Made by a program: the position numbers and the translations under genes. From contig BDGG01000023.1 in assembly GCA_001949185.1 (NCBI GenBank), positions 1 through 64,000 on the forward strand: a stretch of DNA of 64,000 bases, in the 5' to 3' direction. Each line of letters starts with the position of its first letter. Position 1 is the first letter of the stretch. Source of the DNA: Ramazzottius varieornatus (taxonomy: Eukaryota > Animalia > Tardigrada). The notes beneath the pieces are model-generated. The model searched no databases. It had not been told where the DNA came from and was given only the letters and a program-made list of their open reading frames with translations. Below are positions 1-13,003 of the stretch, in pieces.

Positions 1-32
1 TGCACTTTTTGTATTTTCACCGTAAGTCAAAA

Positions 33-1290
33 ATGACATCTCCCAAGCAGAAGACTGCAACAGAAGCTCATGCTCAACTTACATTGGAGGCAGCATCTTA
101 TGCCGTGGATAAACTGGGATGAATTGAGCGGAAATCATCAATACTGTACGGAGTCAATCGACGGACGCTGATTAATCGGCTGAACATCTTGGGCCTCACG
201 GAAAGCAGCCGAAAATACCTCCTCAAGAAGAAGCTCTTGCTGAATTTTCGCTGGCTTGTTCTGACACGGGAATTCCGCTAAATCGACAGCACTGCGCGGC
301 AGCAATCGTGGAGATGAATAACCGACTTGGTGCGTGGAATTGTTTATTCTCGTAATTTGTCTTCCGATCTTGCTTACGTCGATCGTATTTTAATCTCAAC
401 ATGTTTTAGGCCTAAAGCACACAGCCTTCAACGATCAACATGTCCGTCGATTTCTGCAGCGACATCCCACGTTGTCCATACGAGTAACCCACGCAAATAA
501 CCGAAAGAAAGACCGCGAATGGACACATGAATTAGCGGACAAATACATCAGCAAGCTGACGGAGCTACTTTTCCACCGAGGCTTCCTCGACGAACCAGAA
601 CAAGTGTGGAATCTGAACGAGTCAGCCTTCAATCCTGCAGAAATGTTCGACAGGGTGGTACGACGAAAAGAAATGCGTCAAATTTATTCCCAATTTGATG
701 GAACGGAGAAAGAACTGGTGACTATATTACCATGTGGTGACGCCGCTGGACTTCAACTTCCGTTCATGACACTCTTTTCGGGTAAACGACACGTTCGTTC
801 ACGACCAGATGGTACAAGTGGACACTGCTATCAAGGAGTGAATGATTCCGGAAGCATGGATCACTTTGCCAATTACCTTAAGTTGATAGTATTTCCGGCA
901 ATGACTAAAATGAAGGTTAGCCACAGTGTACTCAATACGTTACGCACTACCTCACTTCACAGTGAGCGATTTTTTCTGTTGTAGAATTCACTGATTCCTG
1001 TACTATGATGTCATCTGTGTCTTATTATAGAATGTGATATTCGTGGATGGACACTTCTCTCAGGTCAACAATTTCACTTTTATGAAATACATCAAAATAC
1101 ATCAAGGAGGAAGTTCAGGAAACATCAAGCATTTTGCATAAAGTTGGAAAACGCGTAGCGGTCAGAAAAGTCAACTTGGCGAAGCGAAAAGCATCATCGA
1201 GCCACGAGCCACGAGCCACGAGCCAGAAGACATTGCCCAAGAAGTTCCACCAAGACGGACACGTGTTGCAAAGAAACAAAAGATAGCTTG
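33..1290 (+). pseudogene. pogo/Tigger-like (CENP-B HTH + DDE_1) transposase relic, intron-containing, internally deleted
   Basis: N-terminal psq-like HTH (..YGVNRRTLINRL) with a stop codon. Putative introns at about 331-409 and 917-1030. The DDE_1 core reads VWNLNESAF (first D changed to N), ELVTILPCGDAAGLQLPFMTLFSGK and NVIFVDGHFSQVNN. The QPLD motif is missing after a 10-bp duplication at 1085-1104. Confidence 0.8.
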
Positions 1291-2245
1291 AGGGATAATC
1301 GACCCTATGATCTGAAGCGGGTTCCGCTGTTTTACCTCTTAATCAGTATTCTGACCTCGATATTATTTGTTTTATTGAATAACCACTGAGAAGATTTCAG
1401 GGAAGTGTGATGAGCTGGTTATGCGATGGATAGTTTAGTCGCGAAGATGTCGAAATCTACGTTCTGTGTATTTGACGGTATGGTGTCCACTACACCGCAG
1501 TTTGAAAAAGCGCTATTACTTATACCACGACTCAAGGCTATAGCACTGCCTGTGCTCCACCACATACCGCAAGGGTGGCTAACTAAACAACCTTTCTCTC
1601 GTACTCTTACTACTAGTGAGCAAGGAATTGAACCTGACTGAGAAAAAATCAGTAGTCTCGAAAATGCGCGAACCTATTACAGGTACTACCCTCAGGTTAT
1701 TTCTGTTCTGTTTCACTCTTTATCAAACATTTATTCCAAATCTCTCCCGTCTAAGCAACCTTTGAATTGTATTAGAACTGAAAGCCCAACCCTCTGACTG
1801 GGGAACGTCAGAAGATCTTGCGCTTCCAGCTTAGTGAACTACCTGGCTGCTACGCCTATAGCACTTCACTTGGACCCTGTGCAGAGCATGGAGCGGAAAC
1901 TAATGCTTCCTACGGAGGTTTTGTCGCGCTGTAATTCTAACCAATAGATCATGAACCTGATGATGAACGGGCTGTGTCGTATGCCAGTTGAACACTAGTC
2001 AACTCCGAAAAACACTAGTCAACTCCGTCTACATCTAACTTACAATCTCTATCCCTCCCGCACTTCTTTGTCGAAGTTCTGGTTAGTTACAGTTAGCTTA
2101 GACCGAGTCCTTGCTTGAATTCTGGTCTCTTCGATTTTTAGTGATTTTAAAACGGATTTTCATTCACTTCCAGTTTAAATTTCATCCGAGCGTACTAGTC
2201 GAAAACCGTTTTCGTCAAAGTAAAGTAAGACCAGTTTTTCAACTA

Positions 2246-2500
2246 CAGTCCTATCTTCGAGATGTGACAATTGCTCCTTCTGCGACTGGACAGCAATTCT
2301 GCACGGGCTTGCTCGCCCCACACTCCGCAGCACGATCAACTGATCGACGCCCGGTTCTGGCTTGACTTGATCAAATGATCAAGCCGGTGTCCGATCTGCT
2401 GATTGTTCTCGTATAAACAACATGGCGAGCAATGCCGTGGTCATATGGACCGTCCCAAACTCAAATCAGGCATTTGAACTGCCACATCTCGCAGGGACTG
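2246..2500. mobile_element. MITE family A copy 1 (CAGT-terminal TIR, TA target site)
   Basis: TA|cagtcctatcttcgagatgtgaca ... tgccacatctcgcagggactg|TA. The internal sequence aligns with 28479-28735 and, inverted, with 30102-30282. Confidence 0.8.
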
Positions 2501-3561
2501 TATGCAACGTTTGTCACAGCTAAGATTTTGTTCAGGTAAAGATCTAAACCTATAGAATCGAGAGCTAGTCCAGGTAGCAGGTTTTGGGTGGTGTAACGGA
2601 GACGTGACATTTTCAGTGACGGCCTCACGACTCTACAACCTATGGACTTTCACTATATTTGTGTCAGTTGCTGTTGAACGCCAGCCTACCTTATCTTCGC
2701 CAGATATTTTACCCGAACACGGCCGAGAGTCGCTTACCTTTCGAGTATCCGTCCAGCCAAACATCAGCGTGGTGGCTACGCACCTACATCCTTCTACCGC
2801 ATGTAAAACCACAAAGTACCTATTGAGCTGTTGGGTATAGTATCCACAAAGATTCTCAGCCCTGTTAAACGAGACTCTTAGGAGGCTGCCAAAAGTAAGA
2901 TAAACTAAAAGACGAGTTCGCCGGGCAGAGATGCTGCAGTATTAACTTCACATCGACTTCTCCAGTCTTCGGCTCAAGCTATAGCGATACCTGGATGCCT
3001 TACAGAAAACCAGCTGCAGGTAGACACTACCACAGACAACGATGAATACGCGCTGTCAACGACAAAGAAGTAAGCCGGGTCAGCCTTCCGGATTCGCATA
3101 CAGTGATTTATGATTGTTATCCGGAACCAATTGTTACGTCAGCTGATAATGGGCCAAGCTTTGTGTGACGATTGTCAGCTGCAGAAACGAGCAAACGTTG
3201 CGGCAACAAAGAAGATATTGGCAGCGGAAATTCAAAACCGACCATGCAATAGGAGCCTGTTCAGTCAGAATAACATTGCGGATGGTCAGAAGATGATCAG
3301 AAGAAAATCAGCGTTAGTACCTACTTCATTCGGCATGGAAAAATGTGCGCGCAGTCGAAAAGAGCTTCTTCCAGTCTGGACGGTCTCCGTCGACAAGTTG
3401 TACCGCCGTATGATTACCGCACAATAATTACTTTGGCAAGGTGATTGTCGAGTTCGCTAATGTGATTTATGGATCGCCATTGTTTTTGGAATCCTATTAC
3501 ACTGCTTCTAAGGCGTCAGTAAGCTCGTTGTCTCCTGCCGTGTAATGTACGACGTCCCATT

Positions 3562-4354
3562 TAGTGTTGCTCCGGTCATTACAATTGATAATTGAAAATG
3601 ACCATAAACGACCGTTTTGGAATTCCAATATGACAATTAGAATGGCAAATCGCAGGCCGGACAGGACCGATATCAATTAGAATTGCAACTTGAATTTCAA
3701 AAATAGAAGAGATTTAAATTGATAATCGGAATACTGACAACAGTAATTTGAATTAGTGAACTGGCGCCCGCCGCGCGGGAAAATGCCCGTGAGTGTATTC
3801 ATTTTTAGACTTTCTACATGATTTGGTGCTTGATTGGGTAAATATGTGTACGAATGTGCATGTCGCACGAGGCAGTACGGCACGATGCTTTCTGTATTGC
3901 TTCGCGAACCACGCGCGGCGGATCGATGTACGCGCGAAGTTTAACCCCGGTCCTGATGTGTTTCCTCACCAACCCCCTAAGGATTGTTTCGCGTGTATAA
4001 CGACGTGCGCGCAGGGCTTCAGGAAAAGTTGCAATACCTGTTTTCATCAGCGCATCTGTGTTCAGTGCCAACAGTAAAACAAATCTTGAGCTAAACGTTC
4101 ATCAGCCGTCGGTCGCTCATGGAACGACAGGCTTAAGTTGCTTTAAAACGTCATGCTCTATGGATACTCAAATATAAAAAATGAACCACACCAATTGAAA
4201 TGATTTCAATTGCTGTCGTGATTTGAAATCCGATTAATCGTAGTTGCTAGTTCAGCTGAGCTGAGCTTGACATAATTGAAATTGCTGCCGCCGAGGTATT
4301 CCGATTAATCGTAACTGCAATTAGAATCGAAAAAATCATATTGGAGCAACACTG
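3562..4354. mobile_element. non-autonomous hAT-like element, family B copy 1
   Basis: TIRs tagtgttgctcc / ggagcaacactg. 8-bp TSD gtcccatt (3554-3561) / atcccatt (4355-4362). Homologous along its length to 36221-37120. Confidence 0.8.
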
Positions 4355-4557
4355 ATCCCATTGTGCCAGATAAGGTATGGCGGGAGGGAGTGCCAGTGTT
4401 TGATCAGTGAAGCCGATACCTGTGAAGTTGGCTCCTGCCGTCGGCGCACAACTACGCATCGATCAGCAAAGTGCTTTTTTGGGTACTTAGCATCCAGGCA
4501 CTTTCGTCGACAAATTGGACTGGATGATTCCAAGAGCGCTATATATTCGCTATTAAC

Positions 4558-7066
4558 ATGTCCGATCATCCTCGCACGCCGTCGAACAGACTGAAGGTTC
4601 GGGTCGCAGTAGGTGAGGTGAGTCCAACGGAAGAGTTCATCGGCGGATTCCACCGCTGGTATGATTCATCATCTTCCGTGACTTTTGTCCACTCACATAT
4701 CGACACTTTTTCTCTTGTTAATTTGGCTGCTCCTTACTCCGTTTGCTGGTTGAACAGGCTGTTCCATATATCATCTTCGATAACTCTACAAGTCAATGGA
4801 AAGGAGTCTTAGTGGAAGTGCTCGAGGCCGTATGCGGCTATCTGGCCTACAGGTACTTGTTCGAAAACATTTTCGCTTGATACAACATGCTGGTTCCCTG
4901 AAGACTATTGTACGTAGGTGCGAATATTTCACGCCGACCTACGCTGGTCTGGAAGACGAAACCACTGATGGAGTAATGGGCGCCCTCACCAACGCCACTG
5001 CCGAAACGGGCCTCGCTGCTGTGGGCATCAGCGTCAGTCGGTACCGGTATTTCTCCTTCATTGACTCGTTCTTCCGACGTTCCTACATGGTCGCCATTCA
5101 CCAAGATCATCTGATTGAGCTACCAGCTTCCGAGTTCATTCAACACACTACGGCCGTAATGATCTCCGATAACGTATGGTTCGGCATGGCGGGAGTCATT
5201 GCGGCGGTGTTTTTGCTGGGTGTGCTAACAGATGGATTTCAGAAAGTGTCACACCATCAGGTTCCCGTAGATATCCCAGGACTTATCATGAAATGGTGCT
5301 TCCAGATGTTCGGTATGGGTCTTGGGGTTCAGGGCGTTGGTGAGTATGTTCGCTTGTTGAAATTATTGACCTGAGACGACAAATTTTGGGGCTAATACGT
5401 TTCTGAAAGCTGAGTGATGATGATGTTTCATTTAATGGAGTGACTAGATAATTTCTAACGTCCGTATTTCGCAGAGGACTTCGAACCGGTGCAGCTGCAA
5501 GTGTGGCCTACAGCAAAGATTATTTTGTTATCGACCTGGTTAGCTTACACCTTCGTCATTTTGAACACCATCTCGTCCCAGCTTCCAGTTATGTTTGCTT
5601 TTGACCATCACAAACGGCTACCGTTTACTGGTGTCAAAGGTTTGTTGGGTTCAGATTTCGCGGTGTACGGCACATCGACCGCGGCGGATATGTTGAAGGT
5701 TAACTCAATCAAGCACTATTCGTCTGTAACATGAGGCCAGTCACGACCGACTTGCCGAATTTCTCTAATTGGAATTTGTTCAGGAAGCGGTGTTTCCGTC
5801 TGGGGTGTTGAGGGTCGATTCGAAACGGCCGAAGCTACTTTGTGGAGCATTCAGTGGGGTACCTAAATGAGTAAAGCTGAGTTTCTTCATATCAGCGATG
5901 GCGAAGTTAGGCGAAACTGGTTTGAGGGGAGCGGATAGATCTTCGACCTAACTTCCGGCTGCTTCACGCTTTTCTGCACATTAATTTGATCTTTCCGAGC
6001 TGCAACCATGATGCCCAAATAGCCTAGCGACCCGAGCCGCGAGATTGCTTAAGTTGAAAGATCAAGGGGTGGACGAAACCCGTTCTCAAAGATCAAAATT
6101 GGTCCGTCCCCAATTAAACAGTTTCTGCATCTCAAATGGTACGCAAGCATGAGCGGGTTACAGACTGGTGAACCTTGACGCTTTGCCTTAAATCTTTCCT
6201 GTTCGGCTCGCAATGGGTGTTACGGAAATCAGTTTCGATCCGCGCCAACTGAAGGGAAGTTCACCCCTGATTCAAGGGCAAGGGGTCAGACGATCTTTTC
6301 GCCACTCGTTCGTTCGTGGTTTCCGATGGCTGTCGCGCTGGCAGTCGAGTGTCCTCCATTAAGTTCCACAGCTTGATGTTAAAAAATCTCATTTTCAGCT
6401 CGAGAAGACATTCGGTAGGTCGGTCGCGACAAGCTTCATATCTCCTTCGTCATCTTGAAATCCTTGAGATGTTCCGCACTGCTTTCTCGAAAAAGAAACT
6501 GATCGGTTTCTTTGCAGATGTCACTGGAAGAACATCATGCGGAGCTTTCGACAAAACTGAAACAAATGCCAGTAGCGCCACTTGGCATAAACCGCTATGA
6601 CTACTACAACCATATTGCGAAAACCCAAAAGTCCGTGTTGATCGTCAACCAGGAAACGCTGCTCGAAATGTCCTTCCGCAACTGCGAGATGTTTGTCGCA
6701 ATCGACAACCTGGTAGAAACACGTGTGTCAGCCCTTCTGATGCTGAAGAACTCCACTCTCCGAGAATCCTTCGAGCGCGGCTATGCCAGAGCTACGCAGA
6801 GCGGTATCGCCCAGTTTGCCATTGACAACTACAAGCATTATATGCGAATCAAAGGCCGTGTCCGAGCCCATGGACAATGCTACCGTCGGACCATCCAGAC
6901 CAAGCCGAACGCGAGAGTTCGCGCGATCCATCTGCGGCAAATGTATTTTCTTTTCGAGTGGTTGGTCTGCTGCTTTTCTGGAACTTTGGCAATATTATTA
7001 GTAGAATGTATTCTTTTCTTGTTTGCAAAGAAAAGATACCGGATCAGACTTTGCCGTCGACTGTGA
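4558..7066 (+). CDS. divergent ionotropic receptor (IR, iGluR-related chemoreceptor), multi-exon; true 5' end probably further upstream
   Basis: Exons 4558-4617, 4758-4852, 4918-5339, 5475-5698, an uncertain middle part, then about 6518-7066. S1 lobe AVPYIIFDNSTSQWKGVLVEVLEAVCGYLAYRCEY..DGVMGALTNATAETGLAAVGISVSRYRYFSF. M1 VWFGMAGVIAAVFLLGV, pore segment WCFQMFGMGLGVQG, M3-like WLAYTFVILNTISSQL, S2 end LLMLKNSTLRESFERGYARATQSGI and final TM IHLRQMYFLFEWLVCCFSGTLAILLVE. Confidence 0.8.
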
Positions 7067-8654
7067 GTATTTACTTCTACTTACACTGCTAATCACTCCT
7101 GATACTGTTTGATGGTGTACACCGGGAGGGCTGCGATGACTTTGCTTTTTGAAACAATTTCAAAGGTGGTGTTCCACAAGCCGTTCATGATCAGTTCACG
7201 GTCGGATGTAAGCGCACGAGTCGCCATATGCAGTACCAGAGGTCCTGCTTGCGTTCGTCAACCACGTAGCCAGAAGTTCGCAAGTTTGAACATCTAGCGG
7301 GTGTGCTCTTACGTTGAGAAGATTTGATCACATTGACCTGTTGCACGGAAAGGATCCTGATTGGGATAAGACGCTCATGGAAAATAGGAGACCCCTGAAG
7401 TACCGTCCGTACTTTAGCAGCGGTTAGTTCCTCAGCTGGATGCAACTCACTGGTCTGCTTCCGTATGGCACAAACGCGAGCGCTTCCGTGTATTCAGTTG
7501 GAAGTGGGTGTAGAATACCCACCTGTCGAACGATAGTAACTACTGCGTGGAGCGTCCTGGTACTTATATTCCTGGTACTGTATGCAGCTGTGGATTTTTA
7601 GAGATCGTTCCTGGAATTCTATCAAAAAATTGAACGATCTGGAGTTTCTCACGTTGGCAGTTCTTTCCTTCCGTATCTTTAGCAACCTGCTCGCTGCAGT
7701 CTTGATTATTATCGCTCTCGTACGTAAGCGCAATCTTGTTCCGGGTTTTGTGCAGAGAGTTTCCTTGGAGTCAGCCGAATCCTCGACGGACCTCCGGAAT
7801 CTTCGTCGTCTGGTCCAAGTTTCGTTCATCTTCGTCCCGCTTTGCGTCCTGATAGCCTGCCTGGGATGTACTTTCACAGCATTACAAGTAGTACGATACG
7901 AACAGACGAGCAGTACATTCGCGCGAATGAGACTAGTTTAGAGGCCGGCTAGCAGTCTCGGGATGATCGTTGTCTTAAGCGGCTCAGTTTTCTTTGTTGC
8001 TGGTCGAAAGACTGCGCGAGCTGAAGTTCACGGTCATCCTGAAAATTGTGCTGACCTTCTAACCCAAGACTACAAATTTCTTTTTGCTGTGCAATACAGC
8101 CATGGACGAAACGCACTTCAGTATGCAAGTACCAATGTCAAGTTGGTATACTTTAAAAAAAGTCTCCGAACCGTTATGGATGTATTAAATATGTCTCTGG
8201 AGCGGACAAGCAGTTTACATGGCTATCCAAACAACCGTTGACTTCTTCCTTGTTATGTGCGTTTGCGCCATCGGGTTCGGCTTCGCCAAGGGTAACAAGG
8301 ATATGGAAGGCGCAAAAGTTGGCTACAACCAGGACGAAGGCTCGAAGCATCAATTTCCGAAAACTAATAACGCACTAAGTGCCGCGACACTGAAGCGCCT
8401 GCAGGCACTTAACCTGCGTCATCTGATCTATCTCGAATGCGTGGAACGCTTCAACGGGTTGTTTGCCGTGCATAGATGCGTCGATTTAAGACCCAATTTT
8501 ATTAGAAGACTTGAAGTCTTCATAATCTTTGGTTCTTACGTGTTAGCTATGTTTGTCTGTTTGCTTGTCTTTCTTACATACATTTTTACCCGCGTGGTAT
8601 TACGTACCCAAGGCATGCCTGTGCTGCTATGACTCCCTGCTCAGTCTCCCCTCT

Positions 8655-9095
8655 GCCCTTTTCCTGCAGTATACCCATCATACAGCATATGGGTGTATAC
8701 CAGGCTGCCCACACCATCCCCCATTCACTCTTTGTGGACTATTACTGTCACACAGTCTTACGTCCCATACCAGGCTACCTACCCCGTCCTCGATAGCCTC
8801 TTTCTGGACTATCACCGCCTTACAGTCTTATGTATACCAGGGTACCTACCCGGTCCCAACACCCTTCTTCTGGACTATTACTGCCAAACAGTCTTACAGT
8901 GTATGGCAGTAGTACCCACCGCGTCCACGATGCCCTGTTTCTGGACTATTAATTTCGGGCAGTCTAACGCCATGTCAGTGTTGTTACCTCACCCAGTCTC
9001 CCATGTCAACTTTTGGGATTATTACATTCACACATTCTTACACTGTATGTCAAGCAGTCTCGCACTATCCACCCTTCCAGCTGGCGGAACTATCT
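8655..9095 (+). repeat. ~70-bp diverged tandem array (about 6 units), left arm of the foldback element
   Basis: Recurring core ctttctggactattac..acagtctta..ataccagg..accc at about 8655, 8728, 8800, 8866, 8937 and 9010. Confidence 0.85.
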
Positions 9096-9679
9096 CTGTG
9101 TCATGATTTACTCCGGTATTTGTTTTAGACAGGTTGACTTTTAGGTTTTTGTATCGTATTTATTCGTATTAGAAAGTTTTGTCCTGGAGCGTTTGCCGTG
9201 CCGGTTGATGGAGCTTCGTTAGACTTTCCGTCGGTTTTCCTTCTGCGCAGCTCAGTAGTGTCATTCTCAGTACGTTTACTGAGAGTTTGAACAATCAATT
9301 GTTGCAATCAACTGTTGTTCGGTATATCGCGGGTGAGTTTTTTCTTTATTTGCCTGTTGTTCAACCAATAGCAACTGTTGGAATGTCATTGCTGAAATTG
9401 TTATAGGTTCCTGAGCTGGGGCCGACCAGTTGGCTTGTTTGGTTGCCGCCTACGGGTGCCGGGATGGGCTTGTTGTGCTTTTTCACTTCTTATACTTCAG
9501 CGTGCATATTCAGTTTGTGCTTAGAATTTGTAACCGGTTATCATCCTGTTTGGTGGTTTTTCTGTCTTCCAGAAAGTTTTGAGCGTTTTTCCATTTTAGT
9601 AGCATGTGATTTTTTATGTTTTGGGATTTTCTGGCTCCGGCCATGGAACTTTCTACTGCTCGCCATCAGGCAGTTGACA

Positions 9680-9870
9680 AGCAGTCCAGAAAGAGGGCAT
9701 AGTGGACGGTGTGGGCAGATTGGCATACACTCTAAGACTGTACGACAGTAATAGTCCAGAAAGAGGGAATGGGGGATGAGGTAGTGGGCCTGGTATACGC
9801 TGTAAGACTGTAAGGCCGTAATAGTGCAGAAAGAGGGGATGAGGGATAGGGTTGGTAGCCTGGTATCGGA
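9680..9870 (-). repeat. inverted copies (about 3) of the same ~70-bp unit, right arm
   Basis: taagactgta..gtaatagtccagaaagaggg recurs and is the reverse complement of the left-arm unit. Confidence 0.85.
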
Positions 9871-10999
9871 CGTTTACCCTTGCTAAAATGCTTTTGTGTC
9901 TCAGTATACTGATCAATAATGCTGCCGCGTTATTACATTCAAACATGCATACAAACACCATTGAAACCTAAATCGAAGCAAGCATCTTGCCGTGGAAGTA
10001 CTCTTGCTGACCTGCAGAAGCATGATGGCTTTCCTGGCTGTCGTGTCCGCGGTGCTGAACAAGCCCAGACGGAGGAAGAATATCACGTCCCCCATGTACC
10101 ACATGGACCAAGCCATCGTATACTATGTCTGGTCCATGGAGTTCGTAGCAATCATGGGAGCGGTAATGCATATCTTGGCCTCTGTATGGATGAGCGACAA
10201 GGTACGCATGTCGACTGAGCCGGGAACGCTAATGATCAAATGATGTTAGAGTAAACAGTTGACCCTGGTTGCCGTAGGCCGAGGAATGCCTTCCGATACT
10301 TCGATCAATTTCGGTTGCGGAAGATGACAAGAAAGTCCGGATCGAGTGTGCGGAGTTCTCTCGTCGGGTGAGGAAGAATCCTAGCGCGGTGTCGCTGCTC
10401 GGGTTATGTTCCATCAACCGGCCCTACATAACTGCGGTAAGATAGCGTACCCCAAGGTTCAGTGTGCTGTTACGAGAATAACGGAACAAGAGAATGCCGT
10501 TTCCATTGATACTTTCCAGGTGTAAGGCGCGATGTTGACGCTCCTCTTCCTGATCTACCAAGTTCAAGATAGAAAGACCGATTTGGATGCACTGATTGAT
10601 CGGACTGAAATCGAAGCACATATCCAGCGTATCAGCGACGTTCTGAGGAATTCGACAGTGGCGCGCTGAAACGCTAATATTGATAATTAGAATGCAGCAC
10701 CCAGTACTGCTAGATTGTCTAGATGAGATTTGAATTTTAACCTTTTGCTACTGATATTCTGATCTGTGTACACAGTAGACTTAAGCTGTTACTTCCTGGT
10801 TGAAGACTCAGCTCGCTATCCTTCTGGAGTCCACCCTGCGTACCTGTTGTGTAATCAAGGTAATCTCAACCTCAACATCTCCGTCCAGAACTCTAACTCC
10901 TAACTTTGCGCATTCCGTTGATGGTAAAGGCCGTAAATCCTAACGATTAAGCCTTCGGGATGTTGCCAAGAAGCCTTATCTTTTCAAGATGATTGATCG

Positions 11000-13003
11000 C
11001 ACTCGTACATGACTTCTACCAAGACTAGTAACAAAGCTTCTACTAGAAGTGGATCTTCAACTAGATGAATATGTGAACAACCTTCCACCAGCCCAGAATC
11101 CGGCAACTTCTGTCCGCGTTGTCGGTCGAACACTGATGCTTTGCCAGCTCTGAATGAGGAACACTCGAGATGCGCGAAGAAGATGAGGAATCAACAAGAC
11201 ATGATTCAGAAACTGGAGGCAGCTGCGAAATTGTTGAACAAAATGCTCCACGATGACAGAAGACACCGCGCTTTTCTGCAAGAACGGTTAGACACCGCTG
11301 AGGTATGGTCTACTGAGGACCTCCAAAATCTTAATCCTATAGTACACAAGGTTCCGTTTGACAGCAATCTCTTTATCTGCGGACGTGTTTATCAAACATC
11401 CAGCACCCTCCGAAACATCATCGGAGGAAACCTACTACCTCCATCAGTCAGGACTGCTCCATGGTATCAACTCAAACGGAAGCACGGACGGACGACCATA
11501 ACAAGGACGAGAAGCCCGATGGTACAGAGCCGATGCGAGAACCTTCAACCATCGACTCACCAGAAGCTGACCAGCGAAATGATCCACCTGAGAACCCAAC
11601 TGAATCTGCATATCAGCTACCACAGCCACCGTTTAATTTGAGAGGTTTCGGTAAAGAAAGAAGAAGCGCGAGAAAAACCCTGTCGTTCTCAGATTCGGTC
11701 TCTTGGAGAATACCTGATTCATCTATCCGTCAAGACTCGCTTTATGACCATGATCCCCACCTGGAAGACGTCGAAGATTTAGATTCGACGCTTTCTGAAA
11801 GCGGAACTCTGACCGATAACCCTTCCCGCTACGCAAAACCGAGGAAAGTAGCCGATCTCGAACATCCTAACGCTGCGCCAGTACCTGGCATCAATCCGCC
11901 TATGCGAAAACAACGGAGAAATAACTTGCTAGGACCAACAGCCACCTCTGACGATGGTGACTCAGGCGAGTTTGACTCACGGCAAAGTCCGTTGTTTGCC
12001 GGTAACAAAGACCTCCATCGTTTAACATATCGCATGCCGGCACAAAAGCCTGTAGCGCCAGCAACGAAAGTGTTAGAATCTAAGGCCGACAAGGAAAGAA
12101 GAAAGCCACCGGAGAATGTGACTGATACAACACTCGGACGTCTCGGAAGTCTCAAAGATCTTGGAGGCACCCGAGCAGGAAGGAGGTACGAAGAAGGACC
12201 GCGCATAAAGCTCGTCTGCGAAAAGAGGAATCTTCAAGGTAAAAGAAATGGGATTTTCAGAGGTTCGATTTAGTCGTTCAGTATGACAAACACATTTTCT
12301 TCAACCTTTGTAGAAGTCGGTGTCCATATCGCAAAGTCCGCCGGAGACATTCCTGCACAAGTCAGAAGAAAAGGTACTGTACACACACGAAGGGGAGGTC
12401 TGGAACAGCAAAAAGTGGAACAGGCGGAAAAGACGGCAAATTGAGAATTCAACCATAAAAAAATGCCAGAGAGTGCGTTGGTGTAAATTGTACACGTACG
12501 TACGAACTTCCGTCCGCTGTTTCTCAATCGCCTGTTCCAAACTTTCCCTTCCTGCGTGTATTTCAAATAAAAATCACCATGGGCCCTGCTGTGCGCCGCA
12601 ACTTGACTGTGCTCGGTCTTATGGCGCCGCGTACGTTTGTCTACAGATTCTGCAACGCGTGAAAACGAATGGCTATCGAGAGTGGAAAAGCCGGCAGCAA
12701 GGCCCAACAGAAGCTCAGTCCGACACCCAAATCGACAGCAATGTTCGACAGAGAAAGCTATCGTCGAAAGTGCCGGTAACTGTTTGCTACTCAACGTTGA
12801 AACTCGCTCGGCGGATCGACAAGGTTCCCGTGGAGCATGCCGACAAGGATGACGGAATAAACGTCGTCGGCCCAAACACACCTTCTCCATCTGACAAGAA
12901 AAATTTTCCTGCCGCTCGAACGGTGAGAAGTACAGTAATTAAAATGAATACATCCAGTTTTATTCACAGCTTCCTGTTTTCCAGACGAAAAGCACGAACC
13001 TAA
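11000..13003 (+). pseudogene. unidentified degenerate coding region (coiled coil followed by low-complexity acidic/basic tract), possibly a TE ORF
   Basis: Overlapping long ORFs 11141-11641, 11461-12273 and 12320-13003 with a heptad-like segment (QQDMIQKLEAAAKLLNKML). No recognisable domain. Carries a MITE at 12382. Confidence 0.3.
12382..12558. mobile_element. MITE family C copy (CACGC-terminal TIR, TA target)
   Basis: TA|cacacacgaaggggag ... ttcccttcctgcgtg|TA. Shares the core caggcggaaaagacggcaaat..ttcaac and gtacgtac with copies at 24297, 48303 and 62021. Confidence 0.8.

Larger units (their letters stand above)
8471..9986. mobile_element. foldback-like non-autonomous DNA transposon with internally repetitive inverted arms
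   Basis: Exact 8-bp TSD ttgccgtg (8463-8470, 9987-9994). Termini catagatgcgtcgattta / taaatcgaagcaagcatc. About 6 tandem ~70-bp units at 8655-9095 and about 3 inverted units at 9680-9870. Confidence 0.8.
7377..10669 (+). pseudogene. gustatory receptor-like (7tm_7/GRL family) pseudogene interrupted by a transposon
   Basis: N-terminal WMQLTGLLPY and several hydrophobic helices. LECVERFNGLFAV|EVLLLTC is restored by removing 8471-9994. C-terminal GAMLTLLFLIYQVQ resembles the TYhhhhhQF GR motif. Several in-frame stops and frameshifts. Confidence 0.72.

Noticed and set aside
3814-4071. Apparently conserved small ORF shared with 36450-36665
   Set aside because: Comparing the two copies by eye, substitutions fall across all three codon positions with no strong synonymous bias; the similarity is explained by the shared non-autonomous element.
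8655-9095. Regular ~70-bp periodicity resembling a CRISPR array
   Set aside because: Units are similar along their whole length with no unique spacers, are mirrored in an inverted arm, lie within a TSD-flanked insert in intron-containing DNA, and no cas genes are present.
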